64,000 nt of DNA from Octopus vulgaris (GCA_951406725.2 OX597840.1:38378001-38442000), one strand, 5' to 3'; shown: positions 14,708-29,791, counted from the first letter of the stretch. Notes: generated by a model from the sequence alone, not told the origin. Numbers and translations are program-made.

Positions 14708-14721
14708 ATAAAGATATATAC

Positions 14722-14768
<47 letters not shown>

Positions 14769-15111
14769 ACAAAAATATATAAATGCTTATATATATGTAC
14801 ATATCTACATATAGACTAAAGATTGTCATCACGAAACTGTGAATGTTATGCTTTCTTCAATCACGAATACAAACGGGAAAACATCGCCGTACATGTATAC
14901 ATGTCTTCCCGCTTTCCTCCCTCTTTATTTCGTCAATTATACATGCCACCGGCGGCGAAGTTCTCCTCAACGAACGTCTGAACATATATTTAGACATGTA
15001 GCTAGGAGACTTTGCTGGAGATGCTGTATCTACATGTGTTCTGCGAGAGACAGCAGGAGAACATATCCGTTATGTTGTTGCATAAAGTCCGTGGCAGCAA
15101 GTAGAGTTATT

Positions 15112-15112
<1 letters not shown>

Positions 15113-15170
<58 letters not shown>

Positions 15171-15195
15171 AAAAATAAGAAAAAAGGATTAGAAA

Positions 15196-15283
<88 letters not shown>

Positions 15284-15323
15284 GTGATGGTTGTGGTGTT
15301 GATGATGGTGGTGTTGGTGGTGG

Positions 15324-15369
<46 letters not shown>

Positions 15370-15407
15370 GTTGGTGATGATGATGAAGATGATGATGATG
15401 ATGATAT

Positions 15408-15438
<31 letters not shown>

Positions 15439-15518
15439 GGTGGTGGTGGAGGTGATGATGATGATGACGATGAAGATGATGAAAATAATAATAATAGTAG
15501 TAGCAGCAGCAACAGCAT

Positions 15519-15577
<59 letters not shown>

Positions 15578-15580
15578 CTA
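15113..15580. repeat. Compound (TAA)n-(GAT/GGT)n-(TAG)n microsatellite
   Basis: Read directly. Confidence 0.95.
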
Positions 15581-15594
15581 GTGTAATTATGATA

Positions 15595-16135
15595 AAGTGT
15601 AAGAGCAAAGTTAGGAAGGATCAACAGGTGGTAGATAATAGTCTGCTCAGAGACTGCAACAAGAGGAGGAAAAGTAAATTAACCCTGTCGTGAATCGTCT
15701 GTCGTAAGGTGTACGATATGATCCCACATTCTTGGATTGTGGAGTGTATGAACATGTTTGGGATTGCAGCGAATGTTGAGGGATTTTTTTGGAAAAACTA
15801 TGGCGAATTGGTGGACTGACCTGACAGCATACGGAAGACGTTAAGAAACGATAGAAATTAGGAGGGACATCTTCGAAGGGGGCTGCCTGTCCCCATTGAT
15901 ATTTGTACTGCGCTTGATACCACTGACACAGATTCTAAGGAAAGTAAAAGATGAGTACGTATTCAAAAGCTGCCAAACAAAAGCTCAACCATTTCTTATT
16001 CATGCATGACCTTAAACTTTATGGTAAAGATGAAGCTTAAGTCAGTTCCCTCGTTGATACGGTGTATACCTTGAAATAGGGGTTGCAATCAGGCTGGAAC
16101 ACTTGCAGGAAACAGTATTTGGTAGGGTCATTCTG
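15595..16135 (+). mobile_element. R4/Dong-clade non-LTR retrotransposon reverse transcriptase fragment (decayed)
   Basis: Translates KDQQVVDNSLLRDC...RKVYDMIPHSWIVECMNMFG...IRRDIFEGGCLSPLIFVLRLIPL..., then after a frameshift LNHFLFMHDLKLYGKD. Fused to a C-terminal-like EIGVAIRLEHLQETV. Stops present. Confidence 0.85.
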
Positions 16136-16889
16136 TTTTTTACCAATGTTTCAAGCATTAGAAGCTAAAATTGTTGCGAAACCAGTTTTAGTCAAAATTC
16201 GATCTTTTCACACGTTTTTCTACCATTTCTGGTTAACACGTCTTCTCGTACATTAAAGGATTGCATCTTATGTTTTGAGTATACTCGTTTTTCATACAAC
16301 TGAAACTATCTTACCTTAATTTGACTTTTAGAAAATTTATTTTTTGCTGAAGCTTTCCCCGGGTAGCACCAGAAAATGTTTTAAGGATCTCACATAACGA
16401 GAGAACATCATTAACTTAGCTCTGGTTGAATTCAACATACCAGCACTCTACTACTTGAAGCGGCAAGAATCGCTGTTTGTATCCAGGGTAGGATCATTCG
16501 ACTAATTGGTAAGATACACTTAATCCTTTGCTATACAGGTATCTTGTATTCTCATTCTGTCCTTTCTGTCGTTACATTCACGCATCTATTTCACGAAGCT
16601 GGTTGCTCTAATATCCTCTTCAGTTTAAAAGCAGTAGGAGGGAAGAAACATTTGAAAATAATCAAATGGGAGTTTGAAACTTTTTCTTTTAAAAGAATAT
16701 TAATTTCATTGCTTCAAAAACAGCAATGTAAAAGAAAATAGAAATAATTCCTTTCCACCGGAAAATAATGAGGGTTGTCTCCACAAAAATCCCGATTGGC
16801 AGGAAAGAGTGACAAAAAATGGAATTCAGACAAAAAAAAACATCTTTGCCTGAATTATCTTATAACACAGACAAAATTCATTTGAAAAT

Positions 16890-17085
16890 TTGGAACAGGG
16901 ATAGCAATTTCGGCGAAGGAGCTAAGTCGATTACATCGACACCCACCCACACTGTGTAACCAGTATTCTTTTTATTGACCCCTAGAGTATGAAAGCCAAC
17001 TAGACATCCGCGGAAATCGAACTCAGAATGTAAAAGTAGGACGAGATACAGCCGAGCGTTTTCGCCAGCCTTGATTCACGCCGCA
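16890..17085 (-). mobile_element. SINE family C, degenerate
   Basis: AAGTCGATTACATCGAC...TTTATTGACCCC...ATGAAAG...GGAAATCGAACTCAGAA is the reverse complement of the family seen at 20722-20869. Confidence 0.65.
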
Positions 17086-17484
17086 AATATTAAGATTTAA
17101 GGATGTAAATTTGCAAAAAGAGAGTCTACAAAATCTATTCTGCGGTTCTGAATGAGGAGAACAAGTAAATGATATCGAGTATGTTATATAATTGATGCGA
17201 TCATTGTTACGCATTACTTGTTTTCATTTCTCAACTGAATTATTTAGATTATTGAAACAGCGTCGTTGAGGAGAAAACGTTTTGTATTTTTTTTGTAAAA
17301 TGATACATGTCAAATAATTGCAAATTGACAACTCATTCCTGAAAGTAAAGAAAAATACGAAAATATTACGAAAATTTAGAAATTGAGTTGTTTTTTTCAC
17401 TGTCTAGACAATAAAAATTGAGAGATCGCCACTCACACAAACACACACACACTCACTCATATATATATATATATATATATATAT

Positions 17485-17562
<78 letters not shown>

Positions 17563-17590
17563 CACATATATAGATATAGAGAGAGAGAGA

Positions 17591-17629
<39 letters not shown>

Positions 17630-17799
17630 GGTATGTGTGTGTGTTTGCGTGTGTGTGTTTGCGTGTGTGTGTTTGCGTGTGTGTGTGTGTTTGGGCGGTC
17701 GATGTATACATACAGAGTCTACCAAAAATATCGATACAAACATTAACATAAGAAAAGCATTCAAAAATATATTAATGCTACATTTATTCTGACAACATG

Positions 17800-18200
17800 G
17801 GATTCATAAAAGTGGAATTTAACTGCTACAATTACAAGTAGAAACATTTTAGCGAGATAAACTGCAGCTTGGGCAAGGCTGTTCAGAATGTCTGCGTGGT
17901 TGCTGCACATGCTGCTTTTAAGGTTTCTCGAAGAGGTCTTAGTGACTCCGACAGTTTTCTGCAATGCACGACATCTTTTAGTGTGTTCCGTAAGTAAAAT
18001 CCTGTAAGTGTTCAATCAGGGGATTGTGCAGTGGAGTCAACATTACTTCTACGGCCTTGCAAATTCCTGTTCAATTAAGCATGCACGGGCTGGCAGTAAA
18101 GTTCGCAGACTTATCGGAAAAACTTTCATCTTGGCTGTAAAGTGCATACAGGACTGGTACATGAAAGTAGTATGTCCACGTAGCCATGATTTATAACAGA
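17800..18200 (-). mobile_element. Tc1/mariner-type transposase C-terminal relic
   Basis: The minus frame QGRRSNVDSTAQSPD*TLTGFYLRNTLKDVVHCRK...LRETLKAACAA resembles the GRRG..EWPPRSPDLTPLDFYLWG.LKD.VY motif of DD34D/E-related transposases. No TIRs found. Confidence 0.6.
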
Positions 18201-19352
18201 ACCCGTCATATTCTTTGCATTTAATAAATATCCACGCTTAACTTTTTTTATTTTTTGCAGTACTTTGGTAAGATGTATTTGGGCTGTTCTTCTGCGTTCT
18301 AGTGATTGCCCGAAGAGTTCACTTCCGAATCGCAAGATGGAACTTGGTTAGATTATTTTTGCTGCTTTAATCTACAGGTGTTGTGTGTGCGATACACCCA
18401 GAGTCCGTCAGTACTTTGCCCTTATTTCTTCTGAGATAGCGTTTATTAATATCACTGTTTCTGATCAAATGTGCTCTTGATATTTTAAGCCCTTGCAGGG
18501 TTTAAATCTGCATGTATGTGAGTGTCTACAAGTGCATAATGACGAAGAAAGAGAGCATGAAATCATGAGACAAAAGAAAAAGACAGAGACACAGTGTTCC
18601 TGTGTGCATCGAAGGGAGATAGATCGAAAGTTATAAAAAGACATTGCGTTAATGAGATGAAGCGACAAAACAAGAAATGAAATTGAAACAATATGAATGA
18701 ATTCTTTAAGGCATTCGATGCATCGTAATTGATATGTCTCTAATCACGACTTCGTGTAATAGCAATCATGTAACAGACATTTATTCTTCGATATTTTTGT
18801 ATTCTTTCAACAAATTAACAGTAATGAAAGACAATGCAATCGTCTCTTGAGAATGCAGTTCCACATTCCCTTGGAACGCTGTTTGTTCGCACGTCTAATA
18901 GATTTATTGCCTTGGGTGGTTTATTATTTTTTTTTTTTCAGAATAAATTATACATGTATACCTGCTATTGCGAATTTGGTTTGCACTATAAAATAACAGC
19001 GGGAAACGGGAATCATGAGGTGTTAAATAATTGTCTCTCCATGCTTGGCTGAATCAGTTCAGCTTTGTGAATGCCTTCAGTGTATGTCAAACGACATCAT
19101 AGATTTAATAGAGATCTCTTGTAACAGAAAATTGTTGCTTTGGATAATAATTTTACCTATAATTGTGACAATATGTTAATTTGTTAAAGCGTCAGATAAC
19201 AGGTAATACATTATTTCTTCCTTTCATCCTTTCGCATTTAATAAGCGAAGCAACAGTCAGGTATAGATAGCGTGTCTTCATTCTTCTCTCCCTTTTATTC
19301 ATCCCTTCTTCTTAACATTTTTCGTTCAGTTTCCTTCCTTTGTCTCTATTTC

Positions 19353-19558
19353 TCATAATTCGTTTTGGAAGAGAGAAACTCCTTTTTTTTTTAACGCCAT
19401 TCTAACGACAAACAGAACGGCTAAACAATGAAGTCCACATGTGTTGGGTGACGGTACGCTGTTACTTCGGAAACAGCCTCTGTGAATTTCCCCTTGAACT
19501 GACGTCACTCAACTAAAATTCATCAGAAAACTGGTCCCTATTTTGATAATATTCTGTC
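19353..19558 (-). pseudogene. Decayed paralogue of the 13537-13802 exon
   Basis: Acceptor TTTCTTCCAAATTTAG|GA (phase 1). Reads GQNIIKIGTSFLMNFS*VTSVQGEIHRGCF...NTCGLHCL, sharing NIxK....F..MNF with 59735-59863 and IxRG with 13537-13802. One in-frame TGA. Confidence 0.4.
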
Positions 19559-20171
19559 CTAAATTTGGAAGAAATCTTCGATTCGACCGTATCAATCTAG
19601 TTTTTAGCCGTCAGAACTGACTGAACACATGAAATAAATCTCACCGTACTACATTTCAAACCATGTAGGCCACATCTATGAAGGTAACCACGTACACAAT
19701 TAAACAAATTCGTTTTTATTACGACTATATCGCCTTTTAATTATCAATCACATTCATAATTGCTGTTCTGAGACTACTTAATAGAAATTCTCAAATAAAC
19801 TCGATTGCAAAGTATATAATTTGCTTCATTTTTCCTCAATAAAATATGTATTTGTAACACTTTCATCTCAGTTTTTACTTGTTATAGTCATTGGACTGCG
19901 GACATCCTGCGGTACCGAATTGAGGTTTTAAAACCAAACAACCCGAACTTTGTATTGTTTTGTATTTGGTACTCATTACATATGTTTCTGTTGCCGAACC
20001 ACTAAGTTGTGGGGAATGAATAAATTTGCTATGCTAGTCAAGAGATGGTGAGGAACAAACACTAACGTATGAACAGACACACAAACATACGTATACACAC
20101 CAATACATAGACACATTTCAGTGCGTGTATATGTGTGTGTTTGTGATATTTATTTCCTCTCCGTTTCTCTC

Positions 20172-20231
<60 letters not shown>

Positions 20232-20425
20232 TGTTTATTTCTCCTCATTCGCTTCTGTAGAATAAATTGGGCTCGAAACATCAACAGCTTCCTCCATGTT
20301 TGGTCAAAACTAATACACCTTATTTGTTGTTCTCTCAAATTTTTCTATTATTCTTTACATTTGCATAATTTGAACTGTATACATACATATATACATATGT
20401 ATGTGTGTATGTATATATGTGTGCG

Positions 20426-20479
<54 letters not shown>

Positions 20480-20486
<7 letters not shown>

Positions 20487-20593
20487 ATCACGTGACCAAC
20501 CAGACCATCAGATGTTGCTACACATCGCTGGTCACAATGCATTCAAATTGTTTTAGCCTTCGAATGACGCCACCCCGCTGGCTAAGCGAGCAG

Positions 20594-20597
<4 letters not shown>
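20480..20597 (-). mobile_element. SINE family D, 3' fragment
   Basis: Highly similar to 622-741; embedded in (TA)n on both sides. Confidence 0.85.
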
Positions 20598-20658
<61 letters not shown>

Positions 20659-20721
20659 GTGTGTGTGGGTGTGAGCGTGGGTATATATGCGACAGTCTTA
20701 CACACAATCTTTGTATAAGAA

Positions 20722-20869
20722 TCGAGGTCGCCTTTGCTTTTCATCCTTTCGGCGTCGATAAATTAAGTACCAGTTACGCACAGGGGTCAATGTAATCGTC
20801 TAAAATCCCTTCGTCTGTCCTTGTTTGTCCCCTCTATGTTTAGCCCCTTGTGGGCAATAAAGAAATAAC
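20722..20869 (+). mobile_element. SINE family C, 3' part
   Basis: GAGGTCGCCTTTGCTTTTCATCCTTTCGGCGTCGATAAATTAAGTACCAG...GTCTGTCCTTGTTTGTCCCCTCTATGTTTAGCCCCTTGT. The same tail occurs in reverse at 63938-64000. ACAATCTTTGTATAA occurs on both sides as a likely TSD. Confidence 0.8.
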
Positions 20870-21041
20870 AATCTTTGTATAACAAATACACGAACAAGCC
20901 ACTGGTCGGTCGAAGAAGAAGAAGAAGAAGAAGAAGAAGAAAAAAGAAGAAGAAAAAAAGAAGAAGAAGAAAAAGAAGAAGAAGAAGAAGAAAAAGAAGA
21001 AGAAGAAAAGAAAGAAGAAGAAGAAGAAAAAGAAGAAGAAG

Positions 21042-21073
<32 letters not shown>

Positions 21074-21660
21074 GGAGAAGAAGAAGAAGAAGAAGAAGAA
21101 GAAGATAAAGTAGAAGAAGAAGAAGAAAAAAAATGAAGGAAAATTAGAAAAGAAGATAAAATAATTGAAGCAGGTGAGGGATTTAAGTACTTCAGAAGCT
21201 ATGATTTCCAAGGCAGGTTGTAGGTGTAGGTACCTGAAGCACCTGTCTTGGCTGAAAATACACTCAACATTTACGGAAATTACACGTCTGAGTGTTGCTG
21301 TCCCTTTGCACTAATTTTTCTAATCATTAATCCTGTGCATCGTTCCAATCAGTCATTAGTTGACAGGTAATTTATTTTCAATGTTAATTAATTAGTTCTC
21401 TTAATCTTAATCAAACCTCATTGCTAATCATTCGTTGTTGCAAATGAAGAATCGTGCGTGGGAGAGACATTTTAATGTCAACGCAAGTAAAGTTATTTAA
21501 AATGCACCTCTATATTTTAATGCATTTTAACAGGATTTTTTTTTGCGCGCGGATATTGTGTATATCCACAGAAAACATTAACAGCAGAAGCCATTAAATG
21601 TTCCTTGCTGGAAAGTACTCAATTTTTAATGTTCTTAAATTTAATTTACTGCTAAACCGA

Positions 21661-21705
<45 letters not shown>

Positions 21706-22127
21706 CTTCGTATTATTGTTTCATTAAAAGGACATTTCTGTTATTGCATCGATTTCTTTCCATAGTTAAGTTTGCTTATAGGACAACACATGATACTTTT
21801 TTACTGCTTCAGATGTTTATTAAAACTTCGATTTCTTTCCGTACTCAAATTTCTTCGAATCACAATAATCATGCTTGCTTTCTTCCTAATCAGCTATCAT
21901 AGTATGTATGATAGCAGATAGAAGATCGAATAAGACAGTTTATTTATTTATTCATTTTTTCCATTCCTGTCTTTCAAAGCTTTCTCATATCGTTTATATG
22001 TTTATATCCAATCCAGTGAGACCATCATTTCAGTGAAGAATAAAAAAAAAAACCTCTTTCGCTCTGTGCTTAGAGGAATGAAAATCGCCTTTAATTATTT
22101 CGACCCCACCCCATATATATATTACTG

Positions 22128-22445
22128 ACACTCTGTCGCTAGGATGCCGTGAGTTTCCGTTGATCCAATTAACGGAAGAGTTGACAAACGATGTTAACGT
22201 GCATGTGGCTGAGCACTCCACAGTCAGGCGTAACCTTAACGTAGTTCACACGGAGATTCAACATGACACAGAAAGGGTCAAGGCTGGCCCTTTAAAATAC
22301 AGGTAGAACTCAGTTCTGGAGGATGAGTGAATTGGATCAACGTCAAATAAAGGTGTGTAGCTTGAGAAAGCCACGGCTATCGGGAATCGAACTTGCCACC
22401 TTACGGTACTGAACCAAACACCACATCTATAAAGCTACGCACCTT
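22128..22445 (-). mobile_element. SINE family B, degenerate
   Basis: Reverse complement of the 23350-23617 body (GTGGCTGAGCACTCCACAG...AACGTAGTTC...GAGATTCAACATGACACA) plus a tRNA-like head (GGGAATCGAACT). Confidence 0.75.
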
Positions 22446-23349
22446 CACATACATACAAACATACATTGATACATACATTGATACATACATACACATACAT
22501 ATGTATATATATACATATATACATAAACAGACACACACACACACAGACACACATATATATATATATTAACTGTATTAGCAATACCCATACTTTTTATCAT
22601 CTAGACCCTTTAACTTTCATAATTTCATTTCATAATACGTAAGTGACCCTGAATATGTATTATTTTAAATATATTTTCAATGTAGATATCTATATATTCA
22701 TATATTTGCTTAAATTTGTTCTCATTTATTCTGATTTTCATTCTAACTTCAAATATCCCCGTGGTCGACTTTGCCGTTCATAGGACCGGGATCGATAAAG
22801 TAAGTAACAGCTGGGCATTTGGGTGGATGTACAACTAACCCCTGCCCAGCAAATTGCTGGCCTTGTACTACAATTTGAAACCTATATTCTTCTCTATGAA
22901 TAATAAATTTCTGCTCTGCAAAGGCATAGGCTAACCGCTCAGATCAATGCAAAATTGTTTGTCTCATAGCTTAACATAAAAACAAACATTGTATCATACA
23001 TATATTATACATGTATATGTGAGTGTGTGTAATATTGAGATTGTAGGAAGTGTATAATCTTTGACTGTCCGCATGAAAATTGTAAGATGATTGCGCGCAA
23101 ATATGTCTATTTACTAAATATGTGAATTTACTATGAGGTAGTAAGCGACCAAAATTTAAGTAATACTACTATATCTCCGCTTAAGAATGCAACCTTCAAA
23201 TCCTACCTCCCGATTTTTCCTTCAACCCGTCCTCTTTTAATTTTCATAAGGCGCGTGATTTCGTACTAAATAGTTGGGTATATGTTATAAGGTGCTGGGT
23301 TGCATCGGGAAGCAAGTTCTTTCGTTGTACATGACACTTTATACCATAT

Positions 23350-23617
23350 GATTCCCGGCGATGCGTTGTGTCCTTGAGCAAGACACTTTATTTCACGTTG
23401 CTCCAGTCCACTCAGCTGGCAAAAATGAGTTGTACCTGTATTTCAAAGGGTCGGCCTTGTCACACTTTGTGTCACGCTGAATCTCCCTGAGAACTACGTT
23501 AGGGGTACACGTGTCTGTGGATTGCTCAGTCACTTGCACGTTAATTCCACGAGCAAGCTGTTCCGTTGATCGTATCAACTGGGACCCTCGTCGTTGTAAC
23601 CGACGGAGTGCTCCTTT
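23350..23617 (+). mobile_element. SINE family B, 5'-truncated, with 12-bp TSD
   Basis: CORE-like GTGTCCTTGAGCAAGACACTT body; TTTATACCATAT duplicated at 23338-23349 and 23618-23629. Confidence 0.9.
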
Positions 23618-24638
23618 TTTATACCATATTGTTATAGTCGATCCACTGAAAACTAGGACCCACCGATTGAATCTACAGCCATCTCCTCCACCTGGAGCCA
23701 CATCGTTGGCGCCCAGCTGAATATATTATGAGAACGACTTAACCGCCGAATCTTACCGTCATTGATACAAACAATATGAATATTTATTTAGGAATTCATA
23801 CTTCATGAAGTCAGTGCAATTATTTAACAAATAATTAATAACGATATAAGCAACATTAAGAAGTAAATTTCGATGCATAAAGCCACCTGATGGAATCGCT
23901 GCGATGTGAAATCGAACTGGTGACGCCGTGGACAGAAAGAGTAACTTCTAATCCGTACAGACATCTCGACGCTTATTTATGTAAAAAGAAAAACAAATAG
24001 AACACAAATATAAACAAGAAAAAGAAAATTACTGTAGATGATGTATATTAGGTTCGTGTTATTTGTTCGAATTTTCATGTTCAATTTACGTAAACATTCA
24101 AATTACATTTCAAACATGGAGCAGCGTACGTTATTATGAAGACCAACGTTGTTGAAAACTCACAACATTTGCAAGTAAAAGAAAAAGCAACAAACAAAAC
24201 TACTACATCTTGTTCAACGACTCCCTTATATATCTTCTTTACACTCATGTTCTCCATCTAGTCATCTCTCTCTCTCTCTCTCTTTCAATCTGTCTCACTC
24301 TCTTTATCCCTTCTCTATATACAAATACAAACACATGTATACATATCTGTGTGTCTGCGTGCGAGTGTGTACACGTAAATATTTTTATATATGTAGACAT
24401 GTATACACACGATGTGTATATGTATATATGTATATATGCACATATACGCATTGAAATTCAATGCATTATGCGGCATACGGAGGACAAAATTAAAAAAAAA
24501 AGTATTTAGTATTCCAGGTACATTCACGCGCATGCGCAGCCTCGAAAACGAACGCATACAGACGCATGACGCAGATACGCATAGAGAACTTTGCGCTTCT
24601 AAGAGTTTCAGGACACGTGGGTGTATAAATACATATAT

Positions 24639-24703
<65 letters not shown>

Positions 24704-24732
24704 GTATATATATATTTATATATATATATATT

Positions 24733-24804
<72 letters not shown>

Positions 24805-24917
24805 ATGTATATATATATATAAATATATATATATGTATGTATATGTATATATATAAATATATATATGCATATATACATAAATGTATATATATGTATGTAT
24901 ATATATATATGTATATT

Positions 24918-24949
<32 letters not shown>

Positions 24950-24994
24950 CCGTAAATATATATGAGGCTGATGGTGATGTAATATATATCTATG

Positions 24995-25051
<57 letters not shown>

Positions 25052-25101
25052 TTGTATTTATATCTGTGCATATGTGTATACATTATTATTAATATTATCG
25101 A

Positions 25102-25144
<43 letters not shown>

Positions 25145-25504
25145 ATCATCATCATTACAGCTGAACTTATACTTTTGTCTGTGGTGCGTGCGTATGCGTG
25201 CATGTGTGTGTATGTGTGTGTGTGTGTATGTATGTGAATTTGTGATTTTTGACTTGTATAATTTTTTTTTCACTTCTTATTCCATAGAATGAAGACTCCG
25301 ACATGCCAGACAGACCGCAAGAGAAATAGAAAAGCCAGTGAACGGAGTTGGCGGTGCTGTTGCTGGTGGTTGTGGAGGTGGTGATCGTGGACGTGGTAGC
25401 AATGCTAACGTAGGAGGAGTGGGAGAGTGGTGAAAGTAGAGTTGTGGGAAGAGTTGAGAAATGTTGACGTGTGTTCTAGAATGCTATATATGTATATGTA
25501 TTCA

Positions 25505-25571
<67 letters not shown>

Positions 25572-25620
25572 GTGTGAGTGTGTGTCTCTATGTATATGTG
25601 TGTATATTTACACCGATATG

Positions 25621-25685
<65 letters not shown>

Positions 25686-25844
25686 GTATGTAATATGTAG
25701 TACATACATTCATATATCTGTCTATATACATTTAATATATATACATATATGCATACTGTGTGTGTGTTTGTGTGTGTGCGTGAGTTTATGTATGTGTATG
25801 TGTGTATATTTACACACATGCACACACACTCACAACACACACAC

Positions 25845-25870
<26 letters not shown>

Positions 25871-25884
<14 letters not shown>

Positions 25885-25934
25885 AAGGTATATACATTTA
25901 AATACATACATGTATGCGTATAAATTCCTGTAAG

Positions 25935-25986
<52 letters not shown>

Positions 25987-26050
25987 CTTACAGGAATTTA
26001 TACGCATACATGTGTATACTTAAATGTATATACCTTCATTCATATATATA
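25871..26050. repeat. About 180-bp palindrome centred on a (TA)n run
   Basis: ATGAAGGTATATACATTTAA...GCGTATAAATTCCTGTAAGCAAA-(TA)n-TTTGCTTACAGGAATTTATACGC...TTAAATGTATATACCTTCAT. The ORF track shows the same peptide on both strands. Confidence 0.92.
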
Positions 26051-26489
26051 TCTATATACATTTAATATATATATATATATGTGTGTGCGTGTGCATATAC
26101 TGTCTGTGTGTCTGTGTGTGTCTGTGTTGCTCTAAAATATATGTTGCATTTTGTGATTTGAGTTAATTATTTCAATTTCTATGTTTAGCAATATTACATC
26201 AGCGTCATAGCCTGAAGTAAAAGTGAAAGTTCTGCAAAATTTGCAAGTAAATTCAACGCCTACTGCAAAAGAAAAACAAATAATAAACACCTTCAAAAAA
26301 CATTTAAAAAAAAAATAATAAATTAAGACAAATAAAAATTGTTAGCAAATGTAAGGGAAATAAATATAGAACTACAAAAATCAATATTTAAAAAAATTAT
26401 ATATAAAATTATAAGGAACAAACTTAAAAATTATGATTTGCATACGAAGTTAATGATGAGTATGATGATGATGAAGATGATGATGATGG

Positions 26490-26534
<45 letters not shown>

Positions 26535-26810
26535 GGACGATGATGATGATGGCAGCGATGATGTGGATCATGCAGATAATGCTGGTGATGATGTTGATGA
26601 TAGTAGTAATGATAATAATGATGATAATAATAGCAAAATAATAACGTTGATGATAATAATGACAATACTACTGCTACTATTATGACTACTACTACTTCAA
26701 CTACTACTAGCAATGATAATACTAATAATAATAATAATAATGATGATGATTATAATGATAATAATAATAGTAATAATAATTATAATTCTTCTTATTATTA
26801 TTATAATTAT

Positions 26811-27139
<329 letters not shown>

Positions 27140-27317
27140 AATGATAATAATAATAATAATAATAAGAAGAAGAAGAAGAAGAAGAAGAAAAAGAAGTAGA
27201 AGCTGATAATTAAGTAGTGGGTAGTAGTAGTAGTAGTGGTAGTACTGGTGGTGGTGGTGGTGGTGGTTGTGATAGTAGTAGTAGTAGTGGTAGTACTGGT
27301 GGTGGTAGTGGTTGTAA

Positions 27318-27354
<37 letters not shown>

Positions 27355-27435
27355 TGTGGCGAAGGTAGCGGTGGTGCTTGTGGCGAAGGTAGCGGTGGTG
27401 CTTGTGGCTGTAGTAGTAGTAGTAGCAGCAGCAGC

Positions 27436-27488
<53 letters not shown>

Positions 27489-27620
27489 CTGTAGTAGATG
27501 ACGACGAAGAAGAAGAAGAAGAAGAAGAAAAAATAGAAAAAGAAGAAGAGGAGGAGGAAGAAGAAAAAAAGAAAAAGAAGAAGAAGACGGAAGAAGAAGA
27601 AGAAGAAGAAGAAGAAGAAG

Positions 27621-27651
<31 letters not shown>

Positions 27652-28140
27652 CGTTAATAATGCTGAGGAAGCAAAACAGAAAGAAGGAAAAAACGAAAAA
27701 TGGTTGAATATTTCTTATTCTTTTTGAATTTCTTTCTGTAGAATTGAAATTGTTTGAGAGTCAACTTTACAGATGAACATTCGTCATATTTTCGCCTTTT
27801 GGCGCCAAACTGAGGAATCCATGATGTGAGGAATAATGGAAAAGATTGCGAGCAGCAAGACAATAGGTGTGTTCTGTTAGAGGAATGGTTTCAACAAAAC
27901 TCATCAAATTAACTTACATTGTATATGAGAGTCTATGAAATTCATTGGTGGCCACCACGCCTGAAGCATTGGATCTTCTTCTTGCGTTGTCGTCATCGCC
28001 ATCCTCCGTGTCATCATCATAGCGTTTATAATTAACCTTTCATTCGTCATCGCTGTCATCGTGAGGATGATCGGCTTCGCAACCGGTAGCTGCAGCAGCA
28101 ACAGCAGCAGCAGCAGTGTCGTTCCCGTTGTGGTGGTGGT

Positions 28141-28250
28141 CATCAGACTCCCCCGCTTCGACATCAGACTCCCCCGCTTCGACATCAGACTCCCCCGCTT
28201 CGACATCAGACTCCCCCGCTTCGACATCAGACTCCCCCGCTTCGACATCA
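28141..28250 (+). repeat. 21-bp minisatellite, 5 perfect copies
   Basis: CATCAGACTCCCCCGCTTCGA at 28141, 28162, 28183, 28204 and 28225. Confidence 0.97.
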
Positions 28251-28299
28251 TTCACCACGCAATCAAACTCGCAATCAAACTCATCGTTGTAGTCGTAGT

Positions 28300-29474
28300 C
28301 GTTGTCGTTGTCATCACCCTCCTCCACCACCATCTCCCCCTCCACCTCCTCCTCCTCCGCATCGTCGTCGTCATCATTATCAATATCACCACCACCATCA
28401 CCATCATCACCCTCATCATCATCATCAATATCACCACCACCATTATCATCATCATCACCGCCATCATCGTCATCATCATCATCATCATCATTACCATCAC
28501 CATCACCATCATCATTTATCATAATCATCTTCATCATCATCATCATCATCATCATCTTCATCATCAGCATCATCATCTTCATCATCATGATCATCTTCAT
28601 CATCATCATCATCATCGTTATCATCATCATCATCACCATCACCATCATCATCACCATAATCATCTTCATCATCATGATCATCTTCATCATCATCATCATC
28701 ATCGTTATCATCATCATCATCATCTTCATCATCATCATCATCATCTTCATCATCATGATCATCTTCATCATCATCATCATCATCGATATCATCATCATCA
28801 TCATCATCATCTTCATCATCATCATCATCATCTTCATCATCATGATCATCTTCATCATCATCATCATCGTTATCATCATCATCATCACCATCACCATCAT
28901 CATCACCGCCATCATCATCATCATCATCATAATCATCTTCCACCACCACCATCATCATCATAATCATCATCATCATCATCACCACCATCATCACCATCAT
29001 CACCATCATCACCACCATCGTCATCATCATGAACATCACCATCATCATCACCACCACCACCATCATCACCACCATCATTATCATCATCACCATCACCACC
29101 ACCATCGTTATCATCATCAACATCACCATCATCATCACCACCGCCACCACCACCACCACCATCATTATCATCATCACCATCACCACCACCATCGTCATCA
29201 TCATCAACATCACCATCATCATCACCACCGCCACCACCACCACCACCATCATTATCATCATCACCATCACCACCACCATCGTCATCATCATCAACATCAC
29301 CATCATCACCACCACCACCACCACCACCACCACCATCATCATCATAATCATCACCATCACCACCACCATCATCACCATCATCACCATCACCAACATCATC
29401 GTCATCATCATCATCATCACCATCATAATCCTCTTCATCATCACCGCCATCATCATCATCATAATCATCATCAT

Positions 29475-29518
<44 letters not shown>

Positions 29519-29742
29519 CCACCATCATCACCATCATCACCATCACCACCACCATCGTCATCATCATGAACATCACCATCATCATCACCACCACCACCAC
29601 CACCACCACCATCATTATCATCATCACCATCACCACCACCATCGTCATCATCATCAACATCACCATCATCATCACCACCACCACCACCACCACCACCACC
29701 ACCATCATCACCATCATCACCATCACCACCACCATCATCATT
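28300..29742. repeat. 1.4-kb (CAT/CAC)n tract with higher-order repeats
   Basis: Read directly; source of the poly-His/Ile/Met/Asp ORFs. Confidence 0.95.
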
Positions 29743-29757
29743 CATGCATTCATAACA

Positions 29758-29791
<34 letters not shown>

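Noticed and set aside
23393-23720. ORFs overlapping 23393-23720, including GGGDGCRF
   Set aside because: Mostly SINE family B sequence; the reconstructed pre-insertion frame shows no convincing similarity to the exon family beyond GGD.
28141-28250. 21-bp perfect repeats as CRISPR or coding repeat
   Set aside because: Head-to-tail with no spacers and embedded in simple-repeat DNA.
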